Shown here one piece after another: positions 9,085-17,915 of a stretch of DNA of 62,619 nucleotides; the first letter of the stretch is position 1; every line of letters begins with the position of its first letter. The position numbers and the translations under genes are program-made. A model generated the notes under the pieces. It saw only the letters and a list, made by a program, of their open reading frames with translations. It had not been told where the DNA came from and made no database searches. The stretch comes from Poseidonia sp. (lineage in GTDB: Archaea; Thermoplasmatota; Poseidoniia; Poseidoniales; Poseidoniaceae): the NCBI GenBank assembly GCA_049617635.1, contig JBMZJQ010000004.1, forward strand, positions 1 through 62,619, given 5' to 3'.

Positions 9085-12000
9085 CGGTCCAGCGAGAACC
9101 GCTGACCGTCTTCAACCGTTGCCATGGCCTTCAACTGCAGACCTCTCAACGCCATGACCGGGGCATCGTCCTCACCAACCACAAGCACATCGTGAACGGT
9201 GATACCGTCGTCTTGATGGCCGGTTTGGACGCTACGCAATCGAAGGGCTTCGTTGGCTTCGGGCACACGCAACATGGTCGACCACGTGATCCCGACAGGC
9301 AGGCTGCTGAAGCCCAGCGTTTCCATCGCCACCAGGCCGGCGTTTTGGAAGCCCGCCTCAATAAGCATCGGTAGGGCTTCGAGAAGCACCTGTTCTCCCT
9401 CCCGTTCCACAGCAAACTGGTCTGTTTCGGGGAGTTGGTGTCGCATCAAGGCAACACCGTCAATGCCCATGACATCCCCTTCGCCTACACCTCGCAAGAC
9501 GCCACCATGGGATTGGAAACGGGGGCCGTGGAAATACCGGTCGTAGATGAACGAGGCTGGGTGCAACAAGGCTCCGGCCGGTGGCGTTCCAATCGTCGGC
9601 AATTCATCCACCTCGCGTTGCAAGAACGGACACATGTCGTCGCATTTCTCCACCAAGCGGACCAACGCTGTGTGGTGGTCACGCTCACCAAAGACCTCTC
9701 CTTTCGAATTTGTAAGGTCAGACACCAAGCGGCATCGAACCCACGTCATGTCGCCCTCGGTACGCTCAACTTGAGCGTCAACCCGAACCGTCATCGGCCC
9801 CTTCATGAGTTTCACAGGCAGGCCAAAGGTGACCTCTTCGAAACCTGCAAGGCAGGTTGATGGTCGAAGCAACAAGGCGTTTTGTGCAAACATCTCAAGC
9901 GCCATCACACCGGGATGATAGGGCACGCCTTCGATGGCATGGTCAACCAAAAACGGATGGTCTTCGGTTGACAACGTGCTTTGCGAAACCATGTGGCTCC
10001 CCTCTTCCAGCGACACCACCTTGTCCATGAAGGGGAATCGTGCAGGGTCGGCCATCATGGCCGACATCTCTGCTGGAAGTTTCAGTGGCGCCTCACGGAA
10101 CGAAGAGAACCGGTCCATCAGGCCGAGGGACCCGCACCCAAGCACCCGCCGCTTGCCCCCTTGAAGGGCTTCGGCGACGAAAATGGCCACGCCGTCCTCA
10201 ACGGCGAGGGTCTCGATGCCGGCCGCTGCGAACACCGCTTCAATAGAGCCTCGAGTGGCCATGCCGACGTCGCGCCAGCCCGTCCACCCGATGGCGACAC
10301 CGCGTCCTTCCGAGGTGGCGGTGAGCCGAGCCATTTCAGCATCAAGCACGGAGTTGGCCGCAGCGTAATCGGTTTGTCCACCGTTCCCAAAGCGACCCGC
10401 AACGCTGGTGAAACAGCATGCAAAGGTTGGGTTCTCTCGTCCAGACGCGCGAACGGCTCCCAGCAAGGCTCGCCAGCCGTCCACTTTGACACGAACCACA
10501 CGGTCAAACACGTCGTAGCCTTTGTCGCCCACCAGCTTGGAATCCTCCAAGCCCGCTCCGTGAACAATGCCCGTGATGGGTCGTCCGAGTGACGCCCCCA
10601 ACGTCGCCAGGCCCTCGTGGTCCATGACATCAACAGAATGGTAGGAGGCGTGGTTGCCGGTGGCTTCGATAGCGCTGAGGGTGAGGTACACGTCCCGGCT
10701 TCGAGTGAATCGCTGCCACGCGTTGTTCCATTCCACCATGGTGACCTTTCCACTCTCGCTGGCTTCGATGAGCCGCTGGCGAAGTTCGTTCTTTTCTTGG
10801 TCGAGTTGAGCCTCATCCCAATCAATCCACGAAGAGGTCGACTCGACGAGTGTTGAGCGCCCGAGCAAAACAAAGTGAGCGCCAGCCTTTGGCGAAGCCT
10901 TGGCCACGCCGATGACGGAGGCAGCGGTCACGCCCGACCCACCGCCGGAAACCAGCCAAGTGTCCTCCGCCGTCAATGGCTGGGTCTCTTCGACCACATC
11001 CTCGGCAAAGGCAACCAGAGCCCATCGTCGCCCGTCTCGGTCAAGACCGATTTCGACCTCGCCGGCCAAGCCAAAGATATCCGCTTCGACCATGGCGGCC
11101 GCAGATGCCTCGTCAAACACATGCTCTGGATGCAGATCGAGGGCCCTGCAACGGAGGTCCGTTCGTTCAAAGGCGAAGGATTTGGTCACACCGCTTGCCG
11201 CACATTGCACGGCGTTGAAGCGGTCACCAATGTTGCCGTGACGACCGTCAAGGGCGGTCACGGAAGCGATGAATCCTGGAGCCTCGGTGGACATCAACGG
11301 GCTCAACTCCTTCAGCAGACCGAACCAACCGTGGGCCGCAAGGGCGATTTGCGAAGAAGGATAGGTGTCCTCTTCCCATTGTTCTGAGGCGAGTTTCATC
11401 GGTGCCATGTGAACCATGCCAGCGATGCTTGAGGAACCAAGTTGTTGAGCAATCCACTGAAGATGCTCGGGTTGCTCGGGGTCGGCACGGTAAACGGTTC
11501 GACCGTTTTCGTCCATGGACGAGGGGTCTCGAATTCGGGTTTCGAAGCCGATTCGAACCGCCTCCAAACCGCGTGCTTCCATGCGTTGACAGAAGGCTTC
11601 AGCGATGCCCCAGCCGTCATCGGACACCACGACGGTGCCCTTCACCTCAAGCGAAGCGGGTACGCCAGGGCATGCCTCAATCTCAACTTGCCACCGGCGC
11701 GTACCGGCTTGGAACGAGGAGGGGGCCGAATCCAAAGGAGCCGAAGAGGTCGGCGCTTCACTGACCGATGACGATGCCTCGGCTGGCGGGGTCGCATCAC
11801 CGGTCATTTTGACGATGTAGGCTGTGAAGTGGTTCAGTGTAGGATGGTCGGCGAGAACGAAGTCCTCGTCCACAGGCAGAGCGAAGCGGTCCCTGATTTC
11901 TGCCATGATTTCAGCCTGTTTCACGGTATCAATGCCCAATTCACCTTCCAAATCTTGGTCCATCTCAATGAAATCCGGAGGATAGCCTGTGTGGCTGACG

Positions 12001-15000
12001 ACCACCTCGACCAGCACCGACTCAATGTCGGGTCTGGGCCCGGTTGGTGCTGGCGGAGAGGGAGCGGGCGATGCGGTTACAGGTGGCGATGGAGGCGTGA
12101 CGGCTTGGGGCGTTGGTGCTGGTGCCGCTGCAGGCGTCGCTGCTCCGCCACCCTGCATGCGCTGAATGTAGCCGATCATGTGGTTCAGCGTGGGGTGGTC
12201 GGCGAGAACAAAGTCCTCGTCAATGGGGAGTGAAAATCGATCTCGAATGTCCGCCATGATCTCGGCTTGCTTGACGGTGTCAATGCCCAACTCACCTTCC
12301 AAATCTTGGTCGAGTTCAATGAAATCGGCAGGGTATCCAGTGTGCTGAACAACCACGGCGACCACCGTTTCGGTCATGGCCGCGTCATCGACAACAGCAG
12401 GCGCAGCCGCTGCTGGTGCAACGACCGGTGCGGGTGCGGGGGTCGCAACTTGGGCGGGCTCGGAAGGTGCGGGGGCCGGGGCGGGCGGGGCGGCAGCGGG
12501 GGCACCTCCGGTCATGCGCTGAATGTAGCCGATCATGTGATTCAAGGTGGGATAGTCGGCAAGGACGAAGTCCTCGTCCACCGGCAAGCCGAAACGTTCT
12601 CGGATGTCGGCCATGATTTCGGCTTGCTTGACGGTGTCAATGCCCAACTCGCCTTCCAGGTCTTGGTCCAACTCAACGAAATCAGCGGGATACCCCGTGT
12701 GATGAACCACAACGTCGATCACCGTGGCCACCGTATCTCCACCGGCTTCGACGGCGGGAGTTGCGACAGGGGCCGCTGGTGGTGCAGGCGTTGGTGCCGG
12801 TGCCACCTCAGCGGGAGCGGGTTGTGCGGGCGGCTCAACCGCCTTGGGTGCGGGCTGTTCGACCACGGAGGGTTGGCCTTCCCATTCTTGGGTTGGTGGC
12901 CAAGCATCGCCTTGTACCCCGCCGTGGAGGTTGTCGTCGCCGTTGACGTAAGCGACCAGTTTGTTTTGCAGAATTCGCATCACTACGTCGTCCGTACCTG
13001 CCAGCGTGCGTGCCCAAGCGAGGAGTTTTGCCCCGTTGATACGGTCGCCCTCAACCGGCCATTTCTTCATGAGCGAGAGCGCAATTTGCGAGCCAAACCC
13101 TGCCGCAAAGCGGAGACCGTACTTGAGTTCGGGGTAGTCTCCTCCCGTCGAGAGGTTGAGATCGCCGAGCTCTGGGTCCTTCTCTTTGTGGTTGGCAATC
13201 GGAGGGATACGACCCGTGAGCAAGCCGTAGAACATGCTGGCGTCTTCGATGCCCACCGCCATTGGATGGCCGGTGAAGCCTTTCGTGTTGGCGATGACCA
13301 ACTTGTTGGTTGATTCACCAAAGGTCTCACGCAAGGCCCTCACTTCGGACTGGGCGGAACCTCCACGGGCTGGCGTGTAGGTCTCGTGGGAGAAAAAGAC
13401 GGTGTCAGGGGCCATCTCGTGACGGTTAAGGCCCCATCGTTGTTCCATATCGGCGATGAACCCGTTGACCACGGCACCCACGTGTTCCACATCGAGCCGT
13501 GTGCCGTGGTAGGCTGAGTTGGCGGTGGTTGAACCCAAGAACTCGGCGATGGGTTGCACGCCTCGTTGTTCTGCTTCGGAGTGGCGCTCGACGACAAAGG
13601 CCGCCGCACCCATGCCCAAAATCAGGCCGTTACGACGACGGTCAAAGGGCAATGCCGTTTCCTCAACCACGTTGCTCGTGGCGGCTGCACCCGAGGCTGC
13701 AAAGCCGCCGGCAATCCATTCCCAGAGGTCATCGCCGGTCACGTCGTCACCGCTGATGATGACCACACGGTCCACTCGACCGGCGTCCAACCAATCCTCG
13801 GCAACGCCGAACGCTGCCGTGGCCGAGGCGCAGGCGAGGTTGATGGTGGTGTTTGGTCCCCGGATGCCCGTGTATTGGGCAAATTGAGAGTGGCCCATGT
13901 TGAGGGTTTGGAACAGGTAGCGACGGTCAAACCGTCCCTCACCGTCATCGCCGTTGTTCTTGGCGTGCTTGGACGCCATTTGCAAACCGGGGAAACAGGA
14001 GGAAAACACGATACCGGTGCGTTCGCGTTGCATCTGCGGCACCTGCCAGTTTCGAATCAGGCGCAGGCCGCCTTTGCCCACCTGCTCAACGGGCGTGAGG
14101 GGGATGCCGGCGTCGCGCAACGCCAGCAATCCGGCAGCAACCGCCAACTGTGTGCTGATGTCCCATGCCACGATGGCTTTTGGATCGATGCCGAATTCCT
14201 CAGCCAAGTCAAAGGCGCCCTTGAGACCGGCCAGTTGTGGAATGTCACCAAACACCGTGGCTTGGTCCATGTTCACCGAACCGTCACGGCCTTTGATGAG
14301 ACGAACGATGTTCTTGTCCAGCAAACGTTGCTTGTATTCATCCGAAACCTCGCTGATGCACGTTTCTCCACGCACCAACTTCTCAAAGGCGTCCTCCGAG
14401 AACACCCGTTCCATGCCCGGCAAACCCAAGGAAATACCCGTGACCACGTACGGGTCAATATCGCGCGTTGAGGTGGGCTGGAGCGCAGATACGGTCTGCA
14501 CGGCAACCGCCTTGAGCGAGGGGGGAGCGGTGACCGTGGCCATCGGCCTCCAGGTTGCTGGTGGCTCGCGTACCCAGCGAGTGAGATCGCCGGCCGTCAC
14601 GGCCGACGCCCCATCGAATTCCGGGTCGGTGGTCGATTCCGAGGCGATGGTCGCCACCACCTGTTGCACCTGAGCTGACGTGAGGCCCAAGCCTTCCACC
14701 AAGGCCACGTTGCCGTGACAGAAGGAGGCAGGATAGCCGCTGAACTTGGCCACACGGTCGCCGACATACGCCCGGATGGAACGTTCCCGCGCGTACTCGT
14801 CGTCCATGTTGGCAACATGAACCACGGAGGTTGGTGGAGCCGAAGGGACACTGGCGCCGCTTCCGGGCAGGGGGCGAGCACGGACACGCAAAGCCTCCAA
14901 TTCTGCGCTGGTGGAGGAAGCGCTGAGGGATGAAGCCATGCGAGCCTCGATGGGACCGGCTTTGAACCCGTCCTGCAGTGCAGGCGAATCCAAGGCAGGC

Positions 15001-17906
15001 CAAGCAGGCGGACGACCGGCGATGGCCATCGCACCGATGGCGGTGAACAGACTGGCAACGCCGCCTTGCTTGGGATGGTTCGTCATCACCGGCACGTGCG
15101 GGCGGCCTTCGAGAATCTGCATCGCAAACATCGTGAGGGCTCGCTTCGGACCAACTTCGACAAAGAGGCGCCCTCCAGCCTCGTACATGGTCTCAATCTG
15201 TTTGGTCCACTCAACGGACGATGCCATTTGTGGAGCCAATTTGACCAGGATATCGGTCTTGGAATCCTCACCCTTCATCGGATAGAACATACCGTCAACG
15301 TTGGCTGTAATAGGGACCGACGGCCACCGAATCTCAAGGCCTTCCAGGAAGCGGCGCAGCGGTTCGTTTGCTGGCGCCACGATACGCGAGTGGAAGGCGT
15401 GCGAGGTGGCCAATTCCACGCAGTTGAACCCCTTCGCCTCAAACGCCGCCATCGCGGCACGCACGGGTGCTGTCTCGCCGGCGATGACCGTCATCTTGGG
15501 TGAGTTTTTGTTGGCGGCGATGACGTAGCCGTCGGTGGCGTCGAGAATGGCCTCCACCTCTTCGAACGGAGCCGTCACGCTGGCCATGAGGCCTTTGTCG
15601 TCAATTTCCACAGCGCCCATTTCCGTGCCACGGGCGGCAGCTGCTCGCAGGGCACCGTCCATATCGAGGATGCCCGACGACATCAAGGCAGCGTATTCGC
15701 CCAGCGAATGGCCAGCCACCATGTCGGGTTGATGGCCGAAACTTTGCAGCGTTCGCTCGATGGCCAAATCGGCCGTCAGCATGGCCGGCTGGGTGTATTC
15801 TGTTTGCTTGAGTTTGTGCTCGGCCTCTTTCAATTCCTCAGCCGTCAGTGAGGAACGGAGCACGAAACTGGAGAGCGTTTCGCCGTCGAGTACGTCGATC
15901 ATGGTCTCGTCTGCCTGCGCCCACACCTCTGCAGGGGCCGTGAAGCGCTGAACCAAATCGGCGGTCATGCCCACGTATTGACTGCCTTGGCCGGGGTACA
16001 TGTGGACGGCTTTCGCTTCGCTTGGCAAGGCCGGCTGGTCGGTCACCAGCACCCCTTGAGCCTGCAGGAACCCCCACTTGTCTTTGTCAGCCAGGGCTTG
16101 GGCGGCCAGGGTTTGGCGCTTGGAAAATTCGGCCCAGGACGTGGCCACCACGGCCAAGCGAACGGCGGCTGTCGCCTCAAATGCACCGCTGGCGGTTTGC
16201 AAGGCTTCGGAGAGGCGTCGCCCCCGCGGGTCGTCGTCAAACAACGGGCCGCTGAACGACAAGGCCCCAAGTTGTGCCGCCACCTCTTCCAAGGAATCTC
16301 CTGAAAGCAACAGAACGCCTCCCTCAACGGCTTTGAGCGCCTCGTGCGTCATTGTTGCCTCAAGCGCACCATCGAAAATGGACGGTGCAGCGGCGCTGGA
16401 TTGGCCGCTGTAGGCTTGCCATCGTGCGTCCCATTGGGAGGCCAACGGGGCGTGGTAGTCGGGTTCGTATCCTTCGAGAGCCAGGTGGAAATTGGTCCCA
16501 CCGAAGCCAAACGCAGAGACACCGGCACGCCTTGGGTGGTCGCTTGGCCGAGGCCAATCGAGCGGCTGTGTTGGGACAAAGAACGGAATGTTGTTCCAAT
16601 CCACGGTTGGATTGGGGGTTTCGAAATTGGCACTGGGAGGTATGGTGCGGTGGTGCAGGGCCATCACGGCCTTCATGATGCCAGCAATACCCGCAGCCGC
16701 CTTGAGATGGCCGATTTGTGACTTGATGGAACCAACCGCCACCTTGCCCGTTCCCTCAACGCCGGTCCAGAGACGGGACAGGGTGGACAGTTCCGTTGCA
16801 TCCCCCACTTTGGTGGAGGTGCCGTGGGCTTCGACGAGTTCAACGCTTGATGCGGGGTATCCCGCTTGGGCATACGCCCGTGCTATCGCTTGAATTTGCC
16901 CGCGTTGGCTCGGCGCCGTGATCCCTTTTCCTCGGCCGTCGGAAGAGCCGCCCACGCCTCGAATGACGCTGAAGATGGCATCGTCGTCTCGAATAGCATC
17001 GCTCAATCGCTTCAGGACCAACACGCCGGCTCCTTCGCCCATCACGAACCCGTTCGCCCGAGCATCAAACGGAGAGGAGTGGCTTGGAGAAAGGGCGCCG
17101 ATGGCTGAGAATTTTGCAAACGTAGCAGGGTCCATGGTTCGGTCCGAAGCGCCCGCGAGCATGACGTCCACTTGACGGGTCTGCAACAGCCGGCAAGCAT
17201 CGAGCACCGCAGCCATGGAGGACGCACACGCCGCATCCATGGCGTGGTTCGGCCCCTGCAAATCGAGCAGGTTGGCCACGCGCCCCGACACCACGTTGGC
17301 CAACTCACCCGGCATGGTGTCTTCGTCGACTCGCGGCGTGCCTTCGAGCACAGAGGCCGTGAAGGCGTCGGCTTGGTCGGCCGGCAGGCCGTGTTGCTTT
17401 GCCAGTTCGGCGGTGTGGTTGGACCACACGCGAATGTTGGACATGTTTCGGTTTTCACCACCGAGAGCATTGGCGAAGACCACCCCGGTTCGGGAGCGAT
17501 CGAGGTCCTTGGATTCGCCATCGTAGCCAGCGTGCTCGATGGCATCGGCTGAGACCGTTACCGCCCACTGCTGGCAGGGGTCGATTTGCGGAAGGGTCCC
17601 GGGAGGTTGTCGCCAACGACGCCAATCGAATTCCGCATCGGTCACCAGCGCTCCGATTTTGGCGTAGGTGAAGCCTTCGGTGTGGGCGCCAGGGCCGCCT
17701 TCCTTCCAAAAATGGTCAACAGGGCCGGGCCAGCGGCCTTCTGGCAGGGGTTTGATGCTGACCTTGGCATCGAGCACGTTTTGCCAAAAGGCGTCAATAT
17801 CGTGAGCGTCGGGCATCAACGCCCCTACACCGATGACGGCGATGGGTTCGAACGGTCCTTGTTCGATGCCCTCGCAGGCTTTGCCGTCTTCGGTCGTCAG
17901 CGTCAT
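9081..17906 (-). CDS. Iterative type I FAS/PKS megasynthase (PUFA-synthase PfaA-like): KS - malonyl-AT - carrier-like - KS - 3x ACP - KR - PS-type DH
   Basis: Uninterrupted 2941-aa ORF. Motifs in order: DAACASS / EAHGTST / GSIKSQIGH (KS1); GQGSQ, GHSLGE, HAFHS (AT); GLGLTS (carrier-like); NLACASA / SHETYTP / TGHPMAVG (KS2); 3x LGIDTVKQAEIMA separated by Ala/Pro linkers (ACPs); GGGSGVT ... YAAAN (KR); LVDHAIEGVPYHPG (DH). Confidence 0.95.
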   Translation of the reverse strand: MTLTTEDGKACEGIEQGPFEPIAVIGVGALMPDAHDIDAFWQNVLDAKVSIKPLPEGRWPGPVDHFWKEGGPGAHTEGFTYAKIGALVTDAEFDWRRWRQPPGTLPQIDPCQQWAVTVSADAIEHAGYDGESKDLDRSRTGVVFANALGGENRNMSNIRVWSNHTAELAKQHGLPADQADAFTASVLEGTPRVDEDTMPGELANVVSGRVANLLDLQGPNHAMDAACASSMAAVLDACRLLQTRQVDVMLAGASDRTMDPATFAKFSAIGALSPSHSSPFDARANGFVMGEGAGVLVLKRLSDAIRDDDAIFSVIRGVGGSSDGRGKGITAPSQRGQIQAIARAYAQAGYPASSVELVEAHGTSTKVGDATELSTLSRLWTGVEGTGKVAVGSIKSQIGHLKAAAGIAGIMKAVMALHHRTIPPSANFETPNPTVDWNNIPFFVPTQPLDWPRPSDHPRRAGVSAFGFGGTNFHLALEGYEPDYHAPLASQWDARWQAYSGQSSAAAPSIFDGALEATMTHEALKAVEGGVLLLSGDSLEEVAAQLGALSFSGPLFDDDPRGRRLSEALQTASGAFEATAAVRLAVVATSWAEFSKRQTLAAQALADKDKWGFLQAQGVLVTDQPALPSEAKAVHMYPGQGSQYVGMTADLVQRFTAPAEVWAQADETMIDVLDGETLSSFVLRSSLTAEELKEAEHKLKQTEYTQPAMLTADLAIERTLQSFGHQPDMVAGHSLGEYAALMSSGILDMDGALRAAAARGTEMGAVEIDDKGLMASVTAPFEEVEAILDATDGYVIAANKNSPKMTVIAGETAPVRAAMAAFEAKGFNCVELATSHAFHSRIVAPANEPLRRFLEGLEIRWPSVPITANVDGMFYPMKGEDSKTDILVKLAPQMASSVEWTKQIETMYEAGGRLFVEVGPKRALTMFAMQILEGRPHVPVMTNHPKQGGVASLFTAIGAMAIAGRPPAWPALDSPALQDGFKAGPIEARMASSLSASSTSAELEALRVRARPLPGSGASVPSAPPTSVVHVANMDDEYARERSIRAYVGDRVAKFSGYPASFCHGNVALVEGLGLTSAQVQQVVATIASESTTDPEFDGASAVTAGDLTRWVREPPATWRPMATVTAPPSLKAVAVQTVSALQPTSTRDIDPYVVTGISLGLPGMERVFSEDAFEKLVRGETCISEVSDEYKQRLLDKNIVRLIKGRDGSVNMDQATVFGDIPQLAGLKGAFDLAEEFGIDPKAIVAWDISTQLAVAAGLLALRDAGIPLTPVEQVGKGGLRLIRNWQVPQMQRERTGIVFSSCFPGLQMASKHAKNNGDDGEGRFDRRYLFQTLNMGHSQFAQYTGIRGPNTTINLACASATAAFGVAEDWLDAGRVDRVVIISGDDVTGDDLWEWIAGGFAASGAAATSNVVEETALPFDRRRNGLILGMGAAAFVVERHSEAEQRGVQPIAEFLGSTTANSAYHGTRLDVEHVGAVVNGFIADMEQRWGLNRHEMAPDTVFFSHETYTPARGGSAQSEVRALRETFGESTNKLVIANTKGFTGHPMAVGIEDASMFYGLLTGRIPPIANHKEKDPELGDLNLSTGGDYPELKYGLRFAAGFGSQIALSLMKKWPVEGDRINGAKLLAWARTLAGTDDVVMRILQNKLVAYVNGDDNLHGGVQGDAWPPTQEWEGQPSVVEQPAPKAVEPPAQPAPAEVAPAPTPAPPAAPVATPAVEAGGDTVATVIDVVVHHTGYPADFVELDQDLEGELGIDTVKQAEIMADIRERFGLPVDEDFVLADYPTLNHMIGYIQRMTGGAPAAAPPAPAPAPSEPAQVATPAPAPVVAPAAAAPAVVDDAAMTETVVAVVVQHTGYPADFIELDQDLEGELGIDTVKQAEIMADIRDRFSLPIDEDFVLADHPTLNHMIGYIQRMQGGGAATPAAAPAPTPQAVTPPSPPVTASPAPSPPAPTGPRPDIESVLVEVVVSHTGYPPDFIEMDQDLEGELGIDTVKQAEIMAEIRDRFALPVDEDFVLADHPTLNHFTAYIVKMTGDATPPAEASSSVSEAPTSSAPLDSAPSSFQAGTRRWQVEIEACPGVPASLEVKGTVVVSDDGWGIAEAFCQRMEARGLEAVRIGFETRIRDPSSMDENGRTVYRADPEQPEHLQWIAQQLGSSSIAGMVHMAPMKLASEQWEEDTYPSSQIALAAHGWFGLLKELSPLMSTEAPGFIASVTALDGRHGNIGDRFNAVQCAASGVTKSFAFERTDLRCRALDLHPEHVFDEASAAAMVEADIFGLAGEVEIGLDRDGRRWALVAFAEDVVEETQPLTAEDTWLVSGGGSGVTAASVIGVAKASPKAGAHFVLLGRSTLVESTSSWIDWDEAQLDQEKNELRQRLIEASESGKVTMVEWNNAWQRFTRSRDVYLTLSAIEATGNHASYHSVDVMDHEGLATLGASLGRPITGIVHGAGLEDSKLVGDKGYDVFDRVVRVKVDGWRALLGAVRASGRENPTFACCFTSVAGRFGNGGQTDYAAANSVLDAEMARLTATSEGRGVAIGWTGWRDVGMATRGSIEAVFAAAGIETLAVEDGVAIFVAEALQGGKRRVLGCGSLGLMDRFSSFREAPLKLPAEMSAMMADPARFPFMDKVVSLEEGSHMVSQSTLSTEDHPFLVDHAIEGVPYHPGVMALEMFAQNALLLRPSTCLAGFEEVTFGLPVKLMKGPMTVRVDAQVERTEGDMTWVRCRLVSDLTNSKGEVFGERDHHTALVRLVEKCDDMCPFLQREVDELPTIGTPPAGALLHPASFIYDRYFHGPRFQSHGGVLRGVGEGDVMGIDGVALMRHQLPETDQFAVEREGEQVLLEALPMLIEAGFQNAGLVAMETLGFSSLPVGITWSTMLRVPEANEALRLRSVQTGHQDDGITVHDVLVVGEDDAPVMALRGLQLKAMATVEDGQRFSLDR
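9102..10034 (-). other. PKS/PUFA-type dehydratase (double hotdog) domain (aa ~2625-2935)
   Basis: HxxxGxxxxP motif (H2656-G2660-P2665) in HPFLVDHAIEGVPYHPGVMALE. Confidence 0.8.
10227..10964 (-). other. Ketoreductase domain (aa ~2315-2560), preceded by a structural pseudo-KR region (aa ~2070-2310)
   Basis: Rossmann motif VSGGGSGVTAAS, catalytic Y in QTDYAAANSV, and upstream K (VKVDG) and S (FTSVAG). Confidence 0.8.
11802..12743 (-). repeat. Three tandem ACP domains (351-357-nt period) separated by Ala/Pro-rich linkers
   Basis: Near-identical 75-80-aa units. The GIDT codons lie at 12633-12635, 12276-12278 and 11925-11927, and all three are ACC (Thr). Confidence 0.85.
13062..14459 (-). other. 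KS2 domain (aa ~1150-1615), Cys1359 at 13830-13832
   Basis: NLACASATAAF (Cys), FFSHETYTP (His1507), NTKGFTGHPMAVG (His1547) and a C-terminal GFGSQIA. Confidence 0.8.
14577..14789 (-). other. Carrier-protein-like domain (aa ~1040-1110) with Ser1077 at the canonical position
   Basis: FSGYPASFCHGNVALVEGLGLTSAQVQQVVATI aligns by eye with the downstream ACPs (HTGYPADFVELDQDLEGELGIDTVKQAEIMADI). Its Ser (TCA, 14676-14678) aligns with their Thr. Confidence 0.4.
15117..16010 (-). other. Acyltransferase domain (aa ~633-930), Ser734 at 15705-15707, malonyl-type
   Basis: YPGQGSQ, GHSLGEYAA and the HAFH specificity motif. Confidence 0.9.
16473..17849 (-). other. KS1 domain (aa ~20-478), active-site Cys227 at 17226-17228
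   Basis: Cys-His-His triad motifs: DAACASS, EAHGTST and SQIGHLKAAAG. Confidence 0.9.
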
Positions 17907-17915
17907 GTCGTCACC

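Noticed and set aside
11802-12743. Regularly spaced ~350-bp DNA repeats (and the TSP3 repeats at 430-3110) as a possible CRISPR or satellite array.
   Set aside because: The period and length are wrong for CRISPR. The repeats are in frame and encode ACP domains or calcium-binding repeats. No cas genes are present.
12267-13313. Long antisense ORFs inside the megasynthase and the giant surface-protein gene, for example 12267-13313 (+, 348 aa), 13554-14471 (+, 305 aa), 23585-24694 (+, 369 aa) and 1905-2900 (-, 331 aa).
   Set aside because: They are shadow ORFs typical of GC-rich coding DNA. Their composition is Arg/Gly/His-rich and low in complexity. They carry no motifs, and the opposite strand carries unmistakable domain motifs throughout.
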